DNA of 64,000 nt from Verrucomicrobiaceae bacterium (GTDB lineage: Bacteria; Verrucomicrobiota; Verrucomicrobiia; Verrucomicrobiales; Akkermansiaceae): NCBI GenBank assembly GCA_051252135.1, contig JBPOGH010000009.1, positions 64,001-128,000 on the forward strand, in the 5' to 3' direction. Every line of letters begins with the position of its first letter. The first letter of the stretch is position 1. A program made the translations under genes and the position numbers. The notes under the pieces are model-generated. The model was not told the DNA's origin, did not search any database, and saw only the letters and a list, made by a program, of their open reading frames with translations. Below, piece by piece: positions 1 through 9,015 of the stretch.

Positions 1-2
1 CG

Positions 3-797
3 AGTTGGGAAAGGGGAAGAGTGCCGCTTTTCGTGAAGAGGGCGTATTTGCGCACGATGAAGTGGTTCTTTTCGAAGGTCGCAAGCCATTATTATACTTT
101 TGGGGACGCGGATATTGAGCATTCGAATCTGCCGGAGGAGAAATGTGTCAAAGGGACCATGGGGGTCCCGATATCGCCTGTCTTGTCCTATGACGGGGAC
201 CTTTCCCAGGTGCAAAGGACGGGGCATATTATTTACGTTGGCAGGGGTTCCTGGGAGAAGAAGGGAATCAAGAATATCATTGATTACGGGCTTTCCGAAG
301 CGGGGTGTGGTGAGGTCTTCAAATTCTACGTTTCGAGCCCTGAAAAAGGATTTAGGGAAAGAATTGAGGCGATGAATTTACCGAGGGAGCGCTTTTTCTT
401 TGATTATGAATCGCGTGGTTCGGATTTGGTCAATTCGTGGGCGGGAGCCAAGGCGCTCGTGACGCTCAATCAGAATCCGATACCGGTAAGAACTGCGTAT
501 GAGTCACTGTCATTGGGTGTCCCGGTGATTGTTTACCGGGAGGGTTGCATGGACATGTTTCAAAAGGTGCTTTCAAGGGTGGGAATTGAGGATGCGGTTC
601 AAATCGTATCACAAGGTGACCTCATGAATGGTGTTGTGCATCCCAAGGGGCTCACGCCGGATGAGTCGGCGCGATTGCGAAAGGTTTCGAAGTCGTTATT
701 TGACCCTGAAGTTCATGCGAAGTGGCTGTCTTCGTGGATTTCAGACGAGAGTAGCAATTCAGATTACCTTTCGTTTGCTGAGGAATCACTAGATTGA
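3..797 (+). CDS. Glycosyltransferase (GT4-like), 5'-truncated by the window edge
   Basis: Frame is open from position 3. It has IIYVGRGSWEKKG and AYESLSLGVPVI, resembling GT-B C-terminal motifs, and sits first in a GT cluster. Confidence 0.6.
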   Translation, partial: SWERGRVPLFVKRAYLRTMKWFFSKVASHYYTFGDADIEHSNLPEEKCVKGTMGVPISPVLSYDGDLSQVQRTGHIIYVGRGSWEKKGIKNIIDYGLSEAGCGEVFKFYVSSPEKGFRERIEAMNLPRERFFFDYESRGSDLVNSWAGAKALVTLNQNPIPVRTAYESLSLGVPVIVYREGCMDMFQKVLSRVGIEDAVQIVSQGDLMNGVVHPKGLTPDESARLRKVSKSLFDPEVHAKWLSSWISDESSNSDYLSFAEESLD

Positions 798-811
798 AGA
801 GGGGAGTATTG

Positions 812-2047
812 ATGGGATCGATAGAAGATAAATATCCGAGGGTTTTCCTCTCCTGCTACGCATGTGAGCCGGGGAAGGGGAGTGAGCCGGAGGTTGGCTG
901 GAGGGTGGCAACGGGGGTTGCGGAGTATGCGGAGGCGACGGTGCTGACCCGCGAGAATAATCGGGAGGCGATTGAGCAGGGGTGTCGGGAGATCGGCGGG
1001 AGGTTGCCGGATTTTATTTATTATGATCTGCCGGAGGTTTTTCGTCGGTTGAAGAAGAAGGGAATTTTGGGGATCGGGTCTTATTATGTGTTGTGGCAGA
1101 TCGGGGCGCGTTGGCGGTTTAGGCGGGAGTTTGAACAGTTTGATTTGTTGCATCATGTGACGTTCAACGGTTTTCAGTTTCCGGGTTTGTGGGGAGGGGT
1201 GAGCCCCAAGGTGGTGTTGGGTCCTCTGGGGGGAGGGATGACGTTTCCGCGGGCGATATTGAAGTCGTTGAGCGGGGGCAGGAGGAAGGAATGGATCCGG
1301 GGATTGGTGGTGAACAGTTTCCGGTGGAACCCGGCCTGGATTTGGAATTTGCTGGATGCGGATCGGGTGATAGCGGCGAATCATGAGACGGCGGATTTGC
1401 TGCGGCAGGTGCGGACGGATTCGGTGGAGGTGATGCTGGAGACGGGTTACGAGGTATCGGGCGAAGGTGGATTTTCGAGGAGCGAGGGCGGGGCTTGCGA
1501 GGTGTTGTGGGTGGGTGTTTTGATTTCGAGGAAGTGTCCGGTGCTGGCGATTGAGGTGATTGAGAGGGCGGTGTCCCGTGGTGCGGATGTGAGGATGACG
1601 ATGATTGGTGAGGGGGCGATGCGAGGGGAGTTGGAGGAATTGGTGGCGGAAAAGGGGTTGGAGGATCGGATTCAACTGATTGGAAGGATTCCGAAGGAGG
1701 AGGTTGAGGAGAGGATGGCTTCGGCGGATGTGTTTTTGTTTACGAGTATGCGGGATACTTCGGGGAATGTCCTGTTGGAGGCGATGGCGCGTGAGTTGCC
1801 TTTGGTGGTTCCCAATCATCAGGGGGCGGGGTTGATCTGTTCGGAGGAGCATGCGGTGATGGTGGAGGTGGGGGAGAAGGAGACGTTTGTCGAAGATGCT
1901 TCGGATGGGGTGTTGAAGCTGGCGGCTGATGCGGGGTTGAGGGAGCGGATGGGGCGGGCGGGCCGGTTGCGTCTGAAGGAGAATTTTTCGTGGGGTGGGT
2001 ACCATTCCAGAATGAAGAGAATTTACCGCGAGGTGTTAGAAAGATGA
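812..2047 (+). CDS. Glycosyltransferase family 4
   Basis: N-terminal YACEPGKGSEPEVGW and C-terminal FLFTSMRDTSGNVLLEAMA. ATG at 812 follows GGGGAG (the ORF track starts at 794). Confidence 0.9.
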   Translation: MGSIEDKYPRVFLSCYACEPGKGSEPEVGWRVATGVAEYAEATVLTRENNREAIEQGCREIGGRLPDFIYYDLPEVFRRLKKKGILGIGSYYVLWQIGARWRFRREFEQFDLLHHVTFNGFQFPGLWGGVSPKVVLGPLGGGMTFPRAILKSLSGGRRKEWIRGLVVNSFRWNPAWIWNLLDADRVIAANHETADLLRQVRTDSVEVMLETGYEVSGEGGFSRSEGGACEVLWVGVLISRKCPVLAIEVIERAVSRGADVRMTMIGEGAMRGELEELVAEKGLEDRIQLIGRIPKEEVEERMASADVFLFTSMRDTSGNVLLEAMARELPLVVPNHQGAGLICSEEHAVMVEVGEKETFVEDASDGVLKLAADAGLRERMGRAGRLRLKENFSWGGYHSRMKRIYREVLER

Positions 2048-2877
2048 GTACGGGAGGAGAGCTTGATTTTTCGATTGTGACGCCCAGTTACAATTACGGT
2101 CACTACATTGGAGAGTGTCTGGAGAGTGTGGCGTGCCAGGAGGGGGTGACCTTGGAGCATCTGGTGATGGATGCGGGATCGACGGATGATACGGCGGAGG
2201 TGGTGAAGGGGTTTGAGCACGCGTTGTTTTACCAGGAGCCGGACAAGGGGATGAGTGACGGGATCAACAAGGGGTTTCGCCGGGCGAAGGGGAAGTGGGT
2301 GATGTGGCTCAATTCGGATGACCGGTTGAAGCCGGGCGTGCTGGCGAAGGTGAAGAGGTTTGTGGAGTCCCGGGAGAAGGCGGATGTGGTGTATGGGGGG
2401 TGGGATTTCATTGATGCGGATGGGGTGGTGGGGAGGCGGATGACGGTGTTTCCGTTTGATCTCCGGATGATGATTTATACGGGGTGTTATGTGGGTTCGA
2501 CCGCGTGTTTTTTCCGGCGCGAGACGGTGCTGGATGAGGGGTATTTGTTGAACGAACACTTCGGGTATTGCATGGATACCGAGTATTATGTGCGGCTGGG
2601 TGCGGAGGGTAAGAGGTTTGAATACTATCCGGAAGTGATCGCGGATTTCAGGCTCCATGAGGAGAGTATTTCCCAGCGGGAGATCGGGGCCCGGGGGATT
2701 GATGGTTTGCTGAGACGGGAGCGGCAGCATGCGGAGCATCGGGCGGTGGTGAAGTTGTATGGTTCTCCGGTGTTTGATGATGCTTTGTTAGACGGGTTGA
2801 GTTTTGGAATTCAGCATCATTTTTATCGGATGATCCGGGGTTTCCAGCGGTGGCGGTATCGGGGAATGACGAAGTGA
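2044..2877 (+). CDS. Glycosyltransferase family 2
   Basis: SIVTPSYN, DAGSTD, GINKG and WLNSDD motifs. ATGA overlap with the upstream stop. Confidence 0.9.
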   Translation: MSTGGELDFSIVTPSYNYGHYIGECLESVACQEGVTLEHLVMDAGSTDDTAEVVKGFEHALFYQEPDKGMSDGINKGFRRAKGKWVMWLNSDDRLKPGVLAKVKRFVESREKADVVYGGWDFIDADGVVGRRMTVFPFDLRMMIYTGCYVGSTACFFRRETVLDEGYLLNEHFGYCMDTEYYVRLGAEGKRFEYYPEVIADFRLHEESISQREIGARGIDGLLRRERQHAEHRAVVKLYGSPVFDDALLDGLSFGIQHHFYRMIRGFQRWRYRGMTK

Positions 2878-2888
2878 AGTAGGGAGGA

Positions 2889-3848
2889 ATGATGGGAGTG
2901 AGTCCGAAGGTTCAGTTTATTGAGGAGTACTGGGGTGCTGTGGAGGCGCGCGGGTGGACTGCGGTGGTGTTGCATGACTGGGAGAAGATTCCGCATGGGA
3001 TTACTTCCGATATTGATTATGTGATTGCGGGTCCCGGTCCGCGGGAGTTGGTGGAGATGATTGGCGGTTATTGCGAGGAGCGCGGGTGGCGTCTTGCGCA
3101 GATCATCGAGCATGAGGCGGATGCGTTGTATTGTGTGTGTTTTCAGAAGGAGGAGCCTTTTGATTGTGTCTTGCTGGATGTGACGTGGGATTACCGGCGG
3201 AAGGGTTTTGATTTGGTGAAGAATGAGGTGCTGGTTCGGGGGTGTTGGAAGCCGGAGGGCAAGACATTCAATGTTCCGGCGCCATCGGTGGAGTTTCTTT
3301 ACCGGTTGATTAAGGCGGCGGCGAAGGGGAAGGATTTGACGGAGGTGGAGGAGGCGTTGAGGAGTTTGGCTGCGGAGGATGAAGAGGGTTGCGGGGAGGT
3401 GCTTCGTGAGGTGGTGGGCCGGGATTTTGGAGGGGCGGATGGGTCGTTTTATGAGCGGGTGGAGGAGGAGTTTTTGAGGGATCCGTATTTTAGTAAAATC
3501 CGGAAGGGGAGGAAGTTGGGGTTGAGGGAGGTGCGGCTTTACGGGAGGCGTGTTATGGAGCCGACGGGGTTGATTGTGGAGTTTCCGGAGGGGGCGAGCG
3601 ATGGGTTGATGAAGGAAGTGGGCGGCAGGTTGGAGTTGGGCTTTCGGAAGACGAGGGTTGAGGGGCGAAGGGGTTCGTGGATTTCCGATTGGGTGGCCCG
3701 GCGCAAGAGTGTGTTGGTCTTGCGACGGGGGACGGGAGGAAGAGGGGCTTTGTTGGTGGATGAGGTGAGGGATGTGGCGGAGGTTTGTTCGAGGGTGGTG
3801 GAGTTTTTGGCGAATCGGGTAGAGGCAAGGAAGGGGGGGTATCGATGA
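2889..3848 (+). CDS. Nucleotidyltransferase-fold protein with a degenerate TMK-like C-terminus
   Basis: ITSDIDYVI DxD motif and LLDV strand. The C-terminal PTGLIVEF segment lacks a P-loop. Resembles 9016..10290. Confidence 0.5.
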   Translation: MMGVSPKVQFIEEYWGAVEARGWTAVVLHDWEKIPHGITSDIDYVIAGPGPRELVEMIGGYCEERGWRLAQIIEHEADALYCVCFQKEEPFDCVLLDVTWDYRRKGFDLVKNEVLVRGCWKPEGKTFNVPAPSVEFLYRLIKAAAKGKDLTEVEEALRSLAAEDEEGCGEVLREVVGRDFGGADGSFYERVEEEFLRDPYFSKIRKGRKLGLREVRLYGRRVMEPTGLIVEFPEGASDGLMKEVGGRLELGFRKTRVEGRRGSWISDWVARRKSVLVLRRGTGGRGALLVDEVRDVAEVCSRVVEFLANRVEARKGGYR

Positions 3849-4840
3849 TTGGAGAGAAGTTTTCGGTCTTGTTCGGTGAGGCTGCGGCGGGGATGCGATT
3901 GGCGGGGATGGGTCCGAGGTTGCGGCTGGGTCTGCCTTTGTCGAAAGAGGGGGTGGGTCGGGCATTGGCGCTGTATCAGCCCCAGACGATGAAGGGGAGG
4001 TTGTTTGTGGCGGGGCTGAAGGGGCTGAGTGCGGTGGGAGGGTTGCGTTTTTTACCGAAGGTGTGCGGAGAGGGGGCTGGTACGGGTGCGTGGGATTGGG
4101 TGGCGGACGGGAGTTCGTTGGGGGCGTTGTTTGGGAATCCAAGTCATGCGCAGCAGAGGGCGATTTTGAGTTATCGGGGGGAGCAGGGATGGGAGATTGC
4201 GAAGTTGGTTTCGGGTGGTGAGGGTTTGTTGGGGCGTGAGAGGGAGTTGATGGAGAGGGCGAGGGAGTTGGGGGTGGGGGTGCCGCAGGTGCGGGGGATG
4301 GAGAGTGCGGAGGGGGTGACTGCTTTGCGGATGGAGTATGTGGAGTCTGCGGGTGGGGCGGTATCAGATGGTGTGATGGTGGGGTTGTTGGAGGGGATGT
4401 TGCTGGAGGGTTCGGGGACGTTGGAGAGCTGGGGTCGGTGGGCTGCGTTGGAGGGGATGTTGGGGGAGAAGGTTGAGAAGGGGACGGTGGTTCGGCGGGC
4501 CTTGGGGCATGGAGATTTTGCGCGGTGGAATCTCCGTCGGGGAGATGAGGGTTGGGTGTTGTTGGATTGGGAGTTTGGTGATCCGGAGGGTTTGGCGGGG
4601 TTGGATTTGGTTCATTATATTTCGCAGGAGGAGGAGCTGGTGAACGGGGGAACGCCGGGTGAGGTGGTGGAACGGGTGTTGGGGAGGATGAGGGCGGCGG
4701 GAGCGGGGGAGTATTTGCGGAAGGCGGGATGGGCGGGCCGGGAACGGGATTTGTTGATGATCGCTTTGGCGGATGTTACGGACCGGGGGCAACAGGATCG
4801 GTCGGGTTTATTGGATGAATTAAAGAAGGAGGAATTGTGA
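3845..4840 (+). CDS. APH/choline-kinase-like phosphotransferase
   Basis: HGDFARWNL catalytic loop, LLDWE metal-binding motif and IAK lysine. ATGA overlap at 3845. Confidence 0.8.
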   Translation: MIGEKFSVLFGEAAAGMRLAGMGPRLRLGLPLSKEGVGRALALYQPQTMKGRLFVAGLKGLSAVGGLRFLPKVCGEGAGTGAWDWVADGSSLGALFGNPSHAQQRAILSYRGEQGWEIAKLVSGGEGLLGRERELMERARELGVGVPQVRGMESAEGVTALRMEYVESAGGAVSDGVMVGLLEGMLLEGSGTLESWGRWAALEGMLGEKVEKGTVVRRALGHGDFARWNLRRGDEGWVLLDWEFGDPEGLAGLDLVHYISQEEELVNGGTPGEVVERVLGRMRAAGAGEYLRKAGWAGRERDLLMIALADVTDRGQQDRSGLLDELKKEEL

Positions 4841-7224
4841 AGGGACGAAAACGGGCTAAGAAACGGATGCTGATTCTGGGGCAAACTCCACCGCCCTGGC
4901 ATGGTCAGGCAGTGGCAACGCAGATGTTGTTTGAGCATGATTGGCCGGGGATGGAGGTGATCACCTTGCGGATGGCTTACAGTGAGGAGATGGATCGGGT
5001 GGGCCGGTTTGGGTTCGGGAAGATCAAGCATCTGTTTTATTTGATTCGGGAGACGAAGAAGATTCTGAAGGAGAATCCGAGGACGACTCTTTTCTATCCG
5101 CCGGGAAGTGCGAGTTGGATTCCGTTTATCCGTGATGTGATTTACCTGTTGGCGGTGCGGAAGTTTGCGGCGGCGACGGTGTTCATTCACCATGCGGGCG
5201 GGTTGGCGGCTTTTGTGTCGCGGTCTCCCTTGCGGAGGTATTTGGGGAGGCTTGCGTATGGGCGTCCGGATTTGGCTTTTGAGGTGGCCCATGAGGAGAT
5301 TCCGCCGCGGGATGCGTTTCAGGCGTCGAGTTGGATGTGGTGTCCGTGTGCGATGGAGGTGCCATTGGTTGAGCGGTCCATCCCGGAGAAGGGGAGGGCG
5401 TTGAATGTTCTTTTTGTGGGAAGTTTGCAGGAGGGGAAGGGGGTTCTGGAGGTGATCAAGACGGCGCAGTGGCTGAAGAAGCAGGGGGCGGCGCTGGAGT
5501 TTCGTTTTAATGTGGTGGGGCGGTGGTTCTCGGATCAGTTCCGGGAGGAGGCGCATGATCTGGTGAAGGCGCTGGATGTGGGGGATATGGTGTTTTTCCC
5601 GGGTGAGGTGACGGGTGATGAGAAGTGGAAGACGTATCGGGATGCGGATGTGTTCTTTTTCCCATCGCATTATGGTTCTGAGGCTTCGCCGATTGTGTTG
5701 ATGGAGGCGGTTGGGTCCGGGCTGCCGGTGGTGACGACAAGCTGGAGGGGGATTCCGATGTTGCTTGAGGGGTGCAAGTCCGCGGCGCTGCATCCGGTGC
5801 ACCGGCCGGAGTTGTACGGGCAGTCGTTGCTTGAGTTGAATGCGAAGAGGGAGAATTTCCCGGAGTTTTCGGGGGAGGCGCGGAGTTTTTATGAGGCCCG
5901 GTATCAGCCGCACCATTTTCTGGGGCGGATTGAGGATGGTTTGTGGCGGATGTGGGCCGGTGACCGGGGGTCCTATGATCCGCCGAAGGCCAATATCAGG
6001 CATTCGGAGGGAGATCGGGAGGTCCGGGTGTTGCAGGTGTTCAACCAGTATGCGGATCAGGGCGGGGAAGAGGTGTGGGTGGATCAGATGAGCAAGTTGG
6101 GGAATGATCGTTTCCAGATTTACGAGCTTCGTTTTCAGAGTCGGTCCTGGAGGGTGCGGGGGGCGCCGCCGCTGTGGCAGCAGGCGCAGCTGATGTGGAA
6201 TAATCCGGAGGCTCGGAAGAGGTTACGCCGGGAGATTGAGGAGTTGCGGCCGGATGTGCTGGTGTTTCACAATATTTTCCCGGTGGGTTCGTTTTCTTTG
6301 TATGAGGAGGCGATTCGTTCGGGGGTCCCGGTGTTGCAGTATGTGCATAATTTCAGGCCGTTCAGTCCTTCGGGGACTTTGTGGAGTGGCGGGAAGATTC
6401 GGGAGAATGCGTTGAAGGGGAACCGGTGGCGCGAGGTGTTGGGAAGGGCTTGGGAGGGGTCGTTTTTGAAGACGGGGCTGATGGCTTATTATTTGGATCG
6501 GCTGGATCGGCGGGGGTGGCTGGATTCGTTATCCCATTGGGTGGCGGTGTCTGATTTTATGCGGGAGAAGTTTATCGAGGCGGGGATTCCGGCGGATAAG
6601 ATTTCGACCTTGAGGCATTGTTGGGGGGTGGAGGACGAGGATGGGGTGCTGGAGGATGGGGATTATTATCTCTTTTTGGGGCGGATGGTTCCGGAGAAGG
6701 GGATTTGGGATTTGTTGGATGCGTGGAAGATTCTGGAGGATCGTCTCGGGGAGAGTTGCCCCAAGTTGGTGCTGGCGGGAACGGGTGCGGAAGGCCGTGA
6801 GGTGGGAGCGGCGGTGGCCCAGCGGAAGAAGGTGGAGGCGGTGGGTTTTGTGTCGGGTGAGGCGAAGCGGAGGCTGCTGAGGGGGTGTCGCGGGGTGTTG
6901 GCTCCGTCGCTCTGGTGGGAGCCGCTCGGGCTGATTGTTTATGATGCCTTTGAGCATGAGAAGCCGGTGCTGGCGGCGAGGTCCGGCGGGTTGGTTGAGA
7001 CGGTGCAGGAGGGTGACGGAGGGTTTCTTTTTGAGCCGGGGAATGTGGATGAGTTGTGCAGCCGGGTGATGGAGCTGGAGGAGCTGGGTCCTCGCGGACG
7101 TCAGAAGATGGGTCGGATGGGCCGGGATTGGTTGAAGAGCAAGGCGAGTCCGGAGGAGTGGCAGAAGGGCTTTTTGGAGATTATGAAGAAGGCGGGGGTT
7201 GAGGTATCAGATCGAGTGCAGTGA
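4837..7224 (+). CDS. Tandem double GT4 glycosyltransferase (795 aa)
   Basis: Two complete GT-B halves: FPSHYGSEASPIVLMEA and APSLWWEPLGLIVYDA. Confidence 0.85.
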   Translation: MKGRKRAKKRMLILGQTPPPWHGQAVATQMLFEHDWPGMEVITLRMAYSEEMDRVGRFGFGKIKHLFYLIRETKKILKENPRTTLFYPPGSASWIPFIRDVIYLLAVRKFAAATVFIHHAGGLAAFVSRSPLRRYLGRLAYGRPDLAFEVAHEEIPPRDAFQASSWMWCPCAMEVPLVERSIPEKGRALNVLFVGSLQEGKGVLEVIKTAQWLKKQGAALEFRFNVVGRWFSDQFREEAHDLVKALDVGDMVFFPGEVTGDEKWKTYRDADVFFFPSHYGSEASPIVLMEAVGSGLPVVTTSWRGIPMLLEGCKSAALHPVHRPELYGQSLLELNAKRENFPEFSGEARSFYEARYQPHHFLGRIEDGLWRMWAGDRGSYDPPKANIRHSEGDREVRVLQVFNQYADQGGEEVWVDQMSKLGNDRFQIYELRFQSRSWRVRGAPPLWQQAQLMWNNPEARKRLRREIEELRPDVLVFHNIFPVGSFSLYEEAIRSGVPVLQYVHNFRPFSPSGTLWSGGKIRENALKGNRWREVLGRAWEGSFLKTGLMAYYLDRLDRRGWLDSLSHWVAVSDFMREKFIEAGIPADKISTLRHCWGVEDEDGVLEDGDYYLFLGRMVPEKGIWDLLDAWKILEDRLGESCPKLVLAGTGAEGREVGAAVAQRKKVEAVGFVSGEAKRRLLRGCRGVLAPSLWWEPLGLIVYDAFEHEKPVLAARSGGLVETVQEGDGGFLFEPGNVDELCSRVMELEELGPRGRQKMGRMGRDWLKSKASPEEWQKGFLEIMKKAGVEVSDRVQ

Positions 7225-8162
7225 TGGGATTATTCGGGAAAGTGACGGCTCGTGAGGAGCGGGATTTCGAGCGTGAGAATGTTCGGGGGAAGAGGGATGC
7301 GTATTTGGCGACGAATCCGCTGGATCGCTTTGAGGAGGATGCGGTGTATCGGGCGAAGGTGGAGCGGGTGCGGGGGGGGATTTGCGGGCCGGGTGGTGAG
7401 GTTCCCGAGGGGTGGGTGTTGGATCTTGGTGGGAATACGGGCGGGGAAGCGACGGTGCTGCGGCAGCAGGGGGTGGCGATGGTGGTGAGTGATATTAATG
7501 AGTTGGCGCTTTCTGTTTCGAAGGAACGGGCGGAGAAGTTTGGGTTGGTGTTACCGGGGTATGTGGCGGCGGATGTGCATCGCTTGCCGTTTGCGGACGG
7601 GAGTTTTGCGACGGTGGCGGTGATTGAGGCGCTGCATCATTTTGAGGATTATGATCAGGCGTTGGGTGAGATTTTCAGGGTGTTGAGGCCGGGTGGGGTG
7701 TTTTATACGCTGGAGCCGAACGGGTGGAATCCGATCCGGAGGTTGAGTGAGGTGAGGGATCGGTTCCGGGGGACGATTGAGAAGAGTTTTTTCCCTTCGG
7801 TTTTGCGGGGGATGTTGGAGAGGGCGGGGTTTGAGTCGGTGGAGGTGGTATCGGTCGAGGGTGGGCGGAGTGAGGGGCGGATGGGGGATGTGCCGGCGTA
7901 CCGGAGGTTTTTTGCGCGGTTCCATTCGTGGCTACAGCGTGATTTTCCGAAGTATTTTGGGGCGCTGGAGGCGCGGGGGGTGAAGCCGGGGGAGGCGGTT
8001 GACGGGAAGGTGATGGATTGGGAGGATTTGTTGAGGGTTCCGGGAGGCGGGGCGGTGTTGAGGAAGGATGATGGGGCGGGTGTTTGGCGGAGTGAGGATG
8101 GGGATTTTGTGTTTCCTGATTTGAACGGGGTTCCGGTATTGGTGGAGGATGACCGATTGTGA
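7221..8162 (+). CDS. Class I SAM-dependent methyltransferase with a C-terminal Trm112-like segment
   Basis: VLDLGGNTG, ADVHRLPFADGSF and EIFRVLRPGG motifs. C-terminus FPDLNGVPVLVED. Confidence 0.85.
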   Translation: MMGLFGKVTAREERDFERENVRGKRDAYLATNPLDRFEEDAVYRAKVERVRGGICGPGGEVPEGWVLDLGGNTGGEATVLRQQGVAMVVSDINELALSVSKERAEKFGLVLPGYVAADVHRLPFADGSFATVAVIEALHHFEDYDQALGEIFRVLRPGGVFYTLEPNGWNPIRRLSEVRDRFRGTIEKSFFPSVLRGMLERAGFESVEVVSVEGGRSEGRMGDVPAYRRFFARFHSWLQRDFPKYFGALEARGVKPGEAVDGKVMDWEDLLRVPGGGAVLRKDDGAGVWRSEDGDFVFPDLNGVPVLVEDDRL

Positions 8163-9004
8163 TGAGTGCTTCGGGTGAAATAGATTTTACGGTTGTGACG
8201 CCCAATTTTAATTATGGGCGTTTTTTGGGGGAGTGTCTTGCGAGTGTGGCGGGGCAGGAGGGGGTGCGGGTGGAGCATTTGGTGATTGATGGGGGGTCGA
8301 CGGATGATTCGGAGGAGGTGGTGAGGGGTTATGAGGGGGTGGACTGGCAGAGTGAGTCTGATGAGGGGATGAGTGATGCGATCAACAAGGGGTTTGTGCG
8401 GGCGAGGGGGAGGTGGGTGATGTGGCTGAATGCGGATGATCGGTTGAAGCCGGGGGCGTTGCGGGAGGTGAAGGAGTTTGCGGAGGGGAAGGGGGAGCTG
8501 GATGTGATTTACGGGGGGTGGGATTTTGTGGATGACGGGATGCGGTTGAAGAAGCGGATGAGTGTGTTTCCGATGAAGGGGCTGATGTTACGCCATATGG
8601 GGTGTTACATTGGTTCGACGGCTTGTTTTGTGAATCGGGAGAGGGTTTTGGAGGCGGGGCATTTGTTGGATGCGTCGTTTCATTATGTGATGGATGGGGA
8701 GTTTTATTGTCGGTTGCTGGGGGCGGGGATGCGGTTTGGTTATCTTCCGGTGTGTTTGGCGGATTTCCGTTTGCACGGGGAGAATCAGAGTTTCCGGAAC
8801 CGGGGTGAGGAGGGGGTGAGGGGGCGGTTGCGGCTGGAGCAGCAGTATGCGGAGTCGCGGACGATCCGGCGGGTGTATGGGGTGACGTTATTTGAGAGTG
8901 AGCATGCGAACTCGGTGGTGGATGCGTGTTTGTATTTTGGGTGTCGGGTGCAGAAGGCGTTTCTGGGTCTGGTGCACCGGAGGCGGTTGCGGATGCCGCG
9001 GTAG
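8159..9004 (+). CDS. Glycosyltransferase family 2 (paralog of 2044..2877)
   Basis: TVVTPNFN, DGGSTD and WLNADDRLKPG. Aligns end to end with the first GT2. Confidence 0.9.
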   Translation: MMSASGEIDFTVVTPNFNYGRFLGECLASVAGQEGVRVEHLVIDGGSTDDSEEVVRGYEGVDWQSESDEGMSDAINKGFVRARGRWVMWLNADDRLKPGALREVKEFAEGKGELDVIYGGWDFVDDGMRLKKRMSVFPMKGLMLRHMGCYIGSTACFVNRERVLEAGHLLDASFHYVMDGEFYCRLLGAGMRFGYLPVCLADFRLHGENQSFRNRGEEGVRGRLRLEQQYAESRTIRRVYGVTLFESEHANSVVDACLYFGCRVQKAFLGLVHRRRLRMPR

Positions 9005-9015
9005 AGTTTTTTCTG

